This document shows positions 61,701 through 64,000 of a DNA stretch of 64,000 nt, piece by piece. The stretch is from contig CP158635.1 of assembly GCA_050273025.1 (NCBI GenBank), forward strand, positions 9,486,001 through 9,550,000. Direction: 5' to 3'. The notes below the pieces were generated by a model that made no database searches, was not told where the DNA came from, and was given only the letters and a program-made list of their open reading frames with translations. Each line of letters opens with the position of its first letter. Position 1 is the stretch's first letter. The position numbers were made by a program, and so were the translations under genes. Source of the stretch: Cenococcum geophilum (lineage: Eukaryota).

Positions 61701-64000
61701 AAAAAGATACGCAATAAGGAAGCTTAAGATAGATAGTTTCCTTAATACAATTAAACAATAACTCTAAGACCTAGAAGAAATCCACCCAATACTAAACGAG
61801 TAAGGCCCATTAACTACCTCTAAGGAAATTAACCGAAGACTAGAAAGGATCTAGGCAGCAATTAAAAATAGGCTAAAAGAGCACTACCCAATCTTAAAAC
61901 CGGGCCCTTATGCGCGACACATATAGTCCACATAATACGCAGTTCTGGTTACCAGCTAATAATAAATAAGAAGGAAATATATAAGCAGCCACAACCCTAA
62001 AGACGAGAGACAATATAAAGACATAAGAAACCAGCTAAAGAATACCCTAAAAAAAGAAGTAAGGAATAACTGGAGACGGTTTATAAACGAGCATACTTTT
62101 AACTTAAGCCTCCCCTATAATAAGGGCCTTTGGGATATAGCAAAATAGGTAAAAAAAAAGGCAGGGCGCCCAGTAGAAGACTTATACCTACCACCCCTAC
62201 AAAGAGTAGGAGAATTATAGGTCATAAATAACAACGATAAGAAGGCAAAGATCCTTATAGAAAGGTTCTTCCCCTAACCGGCTCTAGCAGACCTTAGTAA
62301 TATCACGGGCGAAATACTGGTAACTCGCCTGCGGGTTAACAGCGACATAATAATAGAGGAAATGGCTAGAACCATTAGCCGCCTTTTAAATAATATAGCA
62401 CTAGGACTAGATAGGATTCTAAATAAGGCCCTAAAAACCTATGGGCCACTTATAGCACCTTAGCTTACAGATATAGCTAAAGCATGCTTTACTATAGGCT
62501 ACTACCCGCGACTCGGAAGATCTATAACAACGGTTATCCTATAAAAAGAAGGTAAAGCAGATTACTTAATCCCAGGAAGCTACCGCCCTATTGCCTTAGA
62601 AAACACCCTTAGCAAGATCTTAGAAAGGGTAATAGCGGAATATATAGCAGATACGGTAAAAAAACACGCCCTACTACTATAAAGCCAAATAGGGGCAAGA
62701 AAGAACCGCTTAACACTATTAGCACTTACGCTACTCGCTGCCACCATTAAATCTGCATAGGCGATGCGAAAGGACTTTATAGTATTAATGCTTAGCCTAG
62801 ACATTAGTAGTGCCTATAACAATATACCCCACAAGCGTCTCCTATATATCCTTAGGGTAAAGGGCTTCCTAGAATAGATTATACAATTTATCTAAGGGTT
62901 TATAGGCCAGAAAGAAACATTACTAGTCTTTAGCGGATACCAGAGCCCCCCCATTGTAGTTGCAACAGGAATACTACAAAGATTACCCCTCTCGCCTATA
63001 CTCTTCCTTTTCTTTATAAGTAACCTACTTAACTCCTTTAAGAAAGGGGCAACCTAGGGGATAGGCTTCGTTAACAATATAAACCTAATTATATACGGGC
63101 CAACAGCCGCAAAGAACTATAGAACACTAGAGAAAGCCTATAACACTTATATAGAGTGGGCAAAACGTTATAAAGTCTAATTCTTACCAGAGAAATACCA
63201 GCTAATCTATTTCATAAGAAAACATAACTAATCTACAGATCTCTAGCATATAATTCGCATCTAAGGCTTTAGGGGTTAACTAGTTTAGGGCCTAAGGGTA
63301 TTAGGAGTATGGGTAGACAGCAAGCTCCAGTAGAGCGCATATGCGGCATAAGCGGCCTGTAAAGGCCAAGTACAGTTTATCACTTTATCCAGGATTATTA
63401 ATTCTATATAGGGTCCATGCTTTTAGAGGTCACGCCTACTATATACAGCAGTCGTCCGGCCAACCATAACATATAGATCCAGTATCTAGGCCATTAGAGA
63501 AACTAAGAAGGGCCCCCCAAAATTACTCCTTAAACCACTTTAAAAGGTCCAAACAGCCTGCCTCTAGAGTATCACAGGCGGGTATAAGCGAACGGCCACA
63601 GCACTGCTTAAGAAGGAATCCAATATTCCCCCCCTACAGTTACATATTAAAGCCGCTGCAATATAAAGAACACAAAATAAATATAACTCTAATGTTATAA
63701 AGTACATTAAGACACGCCTAAGTAAACTATAGAGGGACCCTAGGGTGCCCCGTAGGAAAACAAACCAATAACCCTAAAGTAGGGAAGAGATATTAGAGAA
63801 ACAGGTAAAAAAAGCAGAAGAAGAATAGTGCCGCTTTAGGGCCCAGGCCTATATAGAGGAGGAAGGGAAACGTATAAGAGGTTAGCAAAGATAATAGTAA
63901 GATAGAGAAAGGAGCTAAAGTAAAATATGTAAGAACGCCAGGAAACCATCTACCGCAATACAATACTAGTTAGACTAACGCTAGAGAGGCGAATGGGAGT
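58705..64000 (+). mobile_element. Tad1-like LINE, copy C, 5'-complete (ribozyme, 5' UTR, ORF1 from ~59250, APE, RT), runs off the window
   Basis: Colinear with copy B but with fewer RIP changes. Motifs LLGDINL (~61405), GSYRPIALEN (~62575), TGI(P)Q..PLSPILFLFF (~62965) and GFV(DD) (~63065). Confidence 0.92.

Noticed and set aside
31300..64000. Starship or other giant cargo-carrying element
   Set aside because: No tyrosine recombinase (DUF3435) captain or cargo cluster is visible. The block is explained by nested ordinary TEs.

Overview
Filamentous ascomycete (Pezizomycotina, probably Dothideomycete) DNA with a two-speed layout. An island of six conserved genes spans ~12.2-30.2 kb: ASK1, LSB6-type PI4-kinase, Rad5/Rad16-like SNF2 helicase, CYA5/PET309-like PPR protein, SRP68 and an AreB/Asd4 GATA factor. 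It is flanked by AT-rich, RIP-mutated nests of transposons (1-12.1 kb and 31.3-64 kb): Ty3/Gypsy, a complete Ty1/Copia, three copies of a Tad1-like LINE, a Tc1/mariner, pogo/Fot1 ends, MITEs and solo LTRs, plus an isolated C2H2 zinc-finger gene at ~53.4-54.4 kb. Main findings: (1) the 5'-complete LINE begins exactly with a sequence that folds by hand into an HDV-like self-cleaving ribozyme (58705-58789). (2) A 1.03-kb non-autonomous retroelement carrying the same ribozyme and a LINE-like 3' end has inserted, with a 14-bp TSD, into another copy of that LINE. (3) There is a poly(A)-tailed ORF1-only retroposon. (4) The AreB gene has an AUG-free upstream coding exon, suggesting non-AUG initiation. 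All calls come from manual reading; no searches were run.
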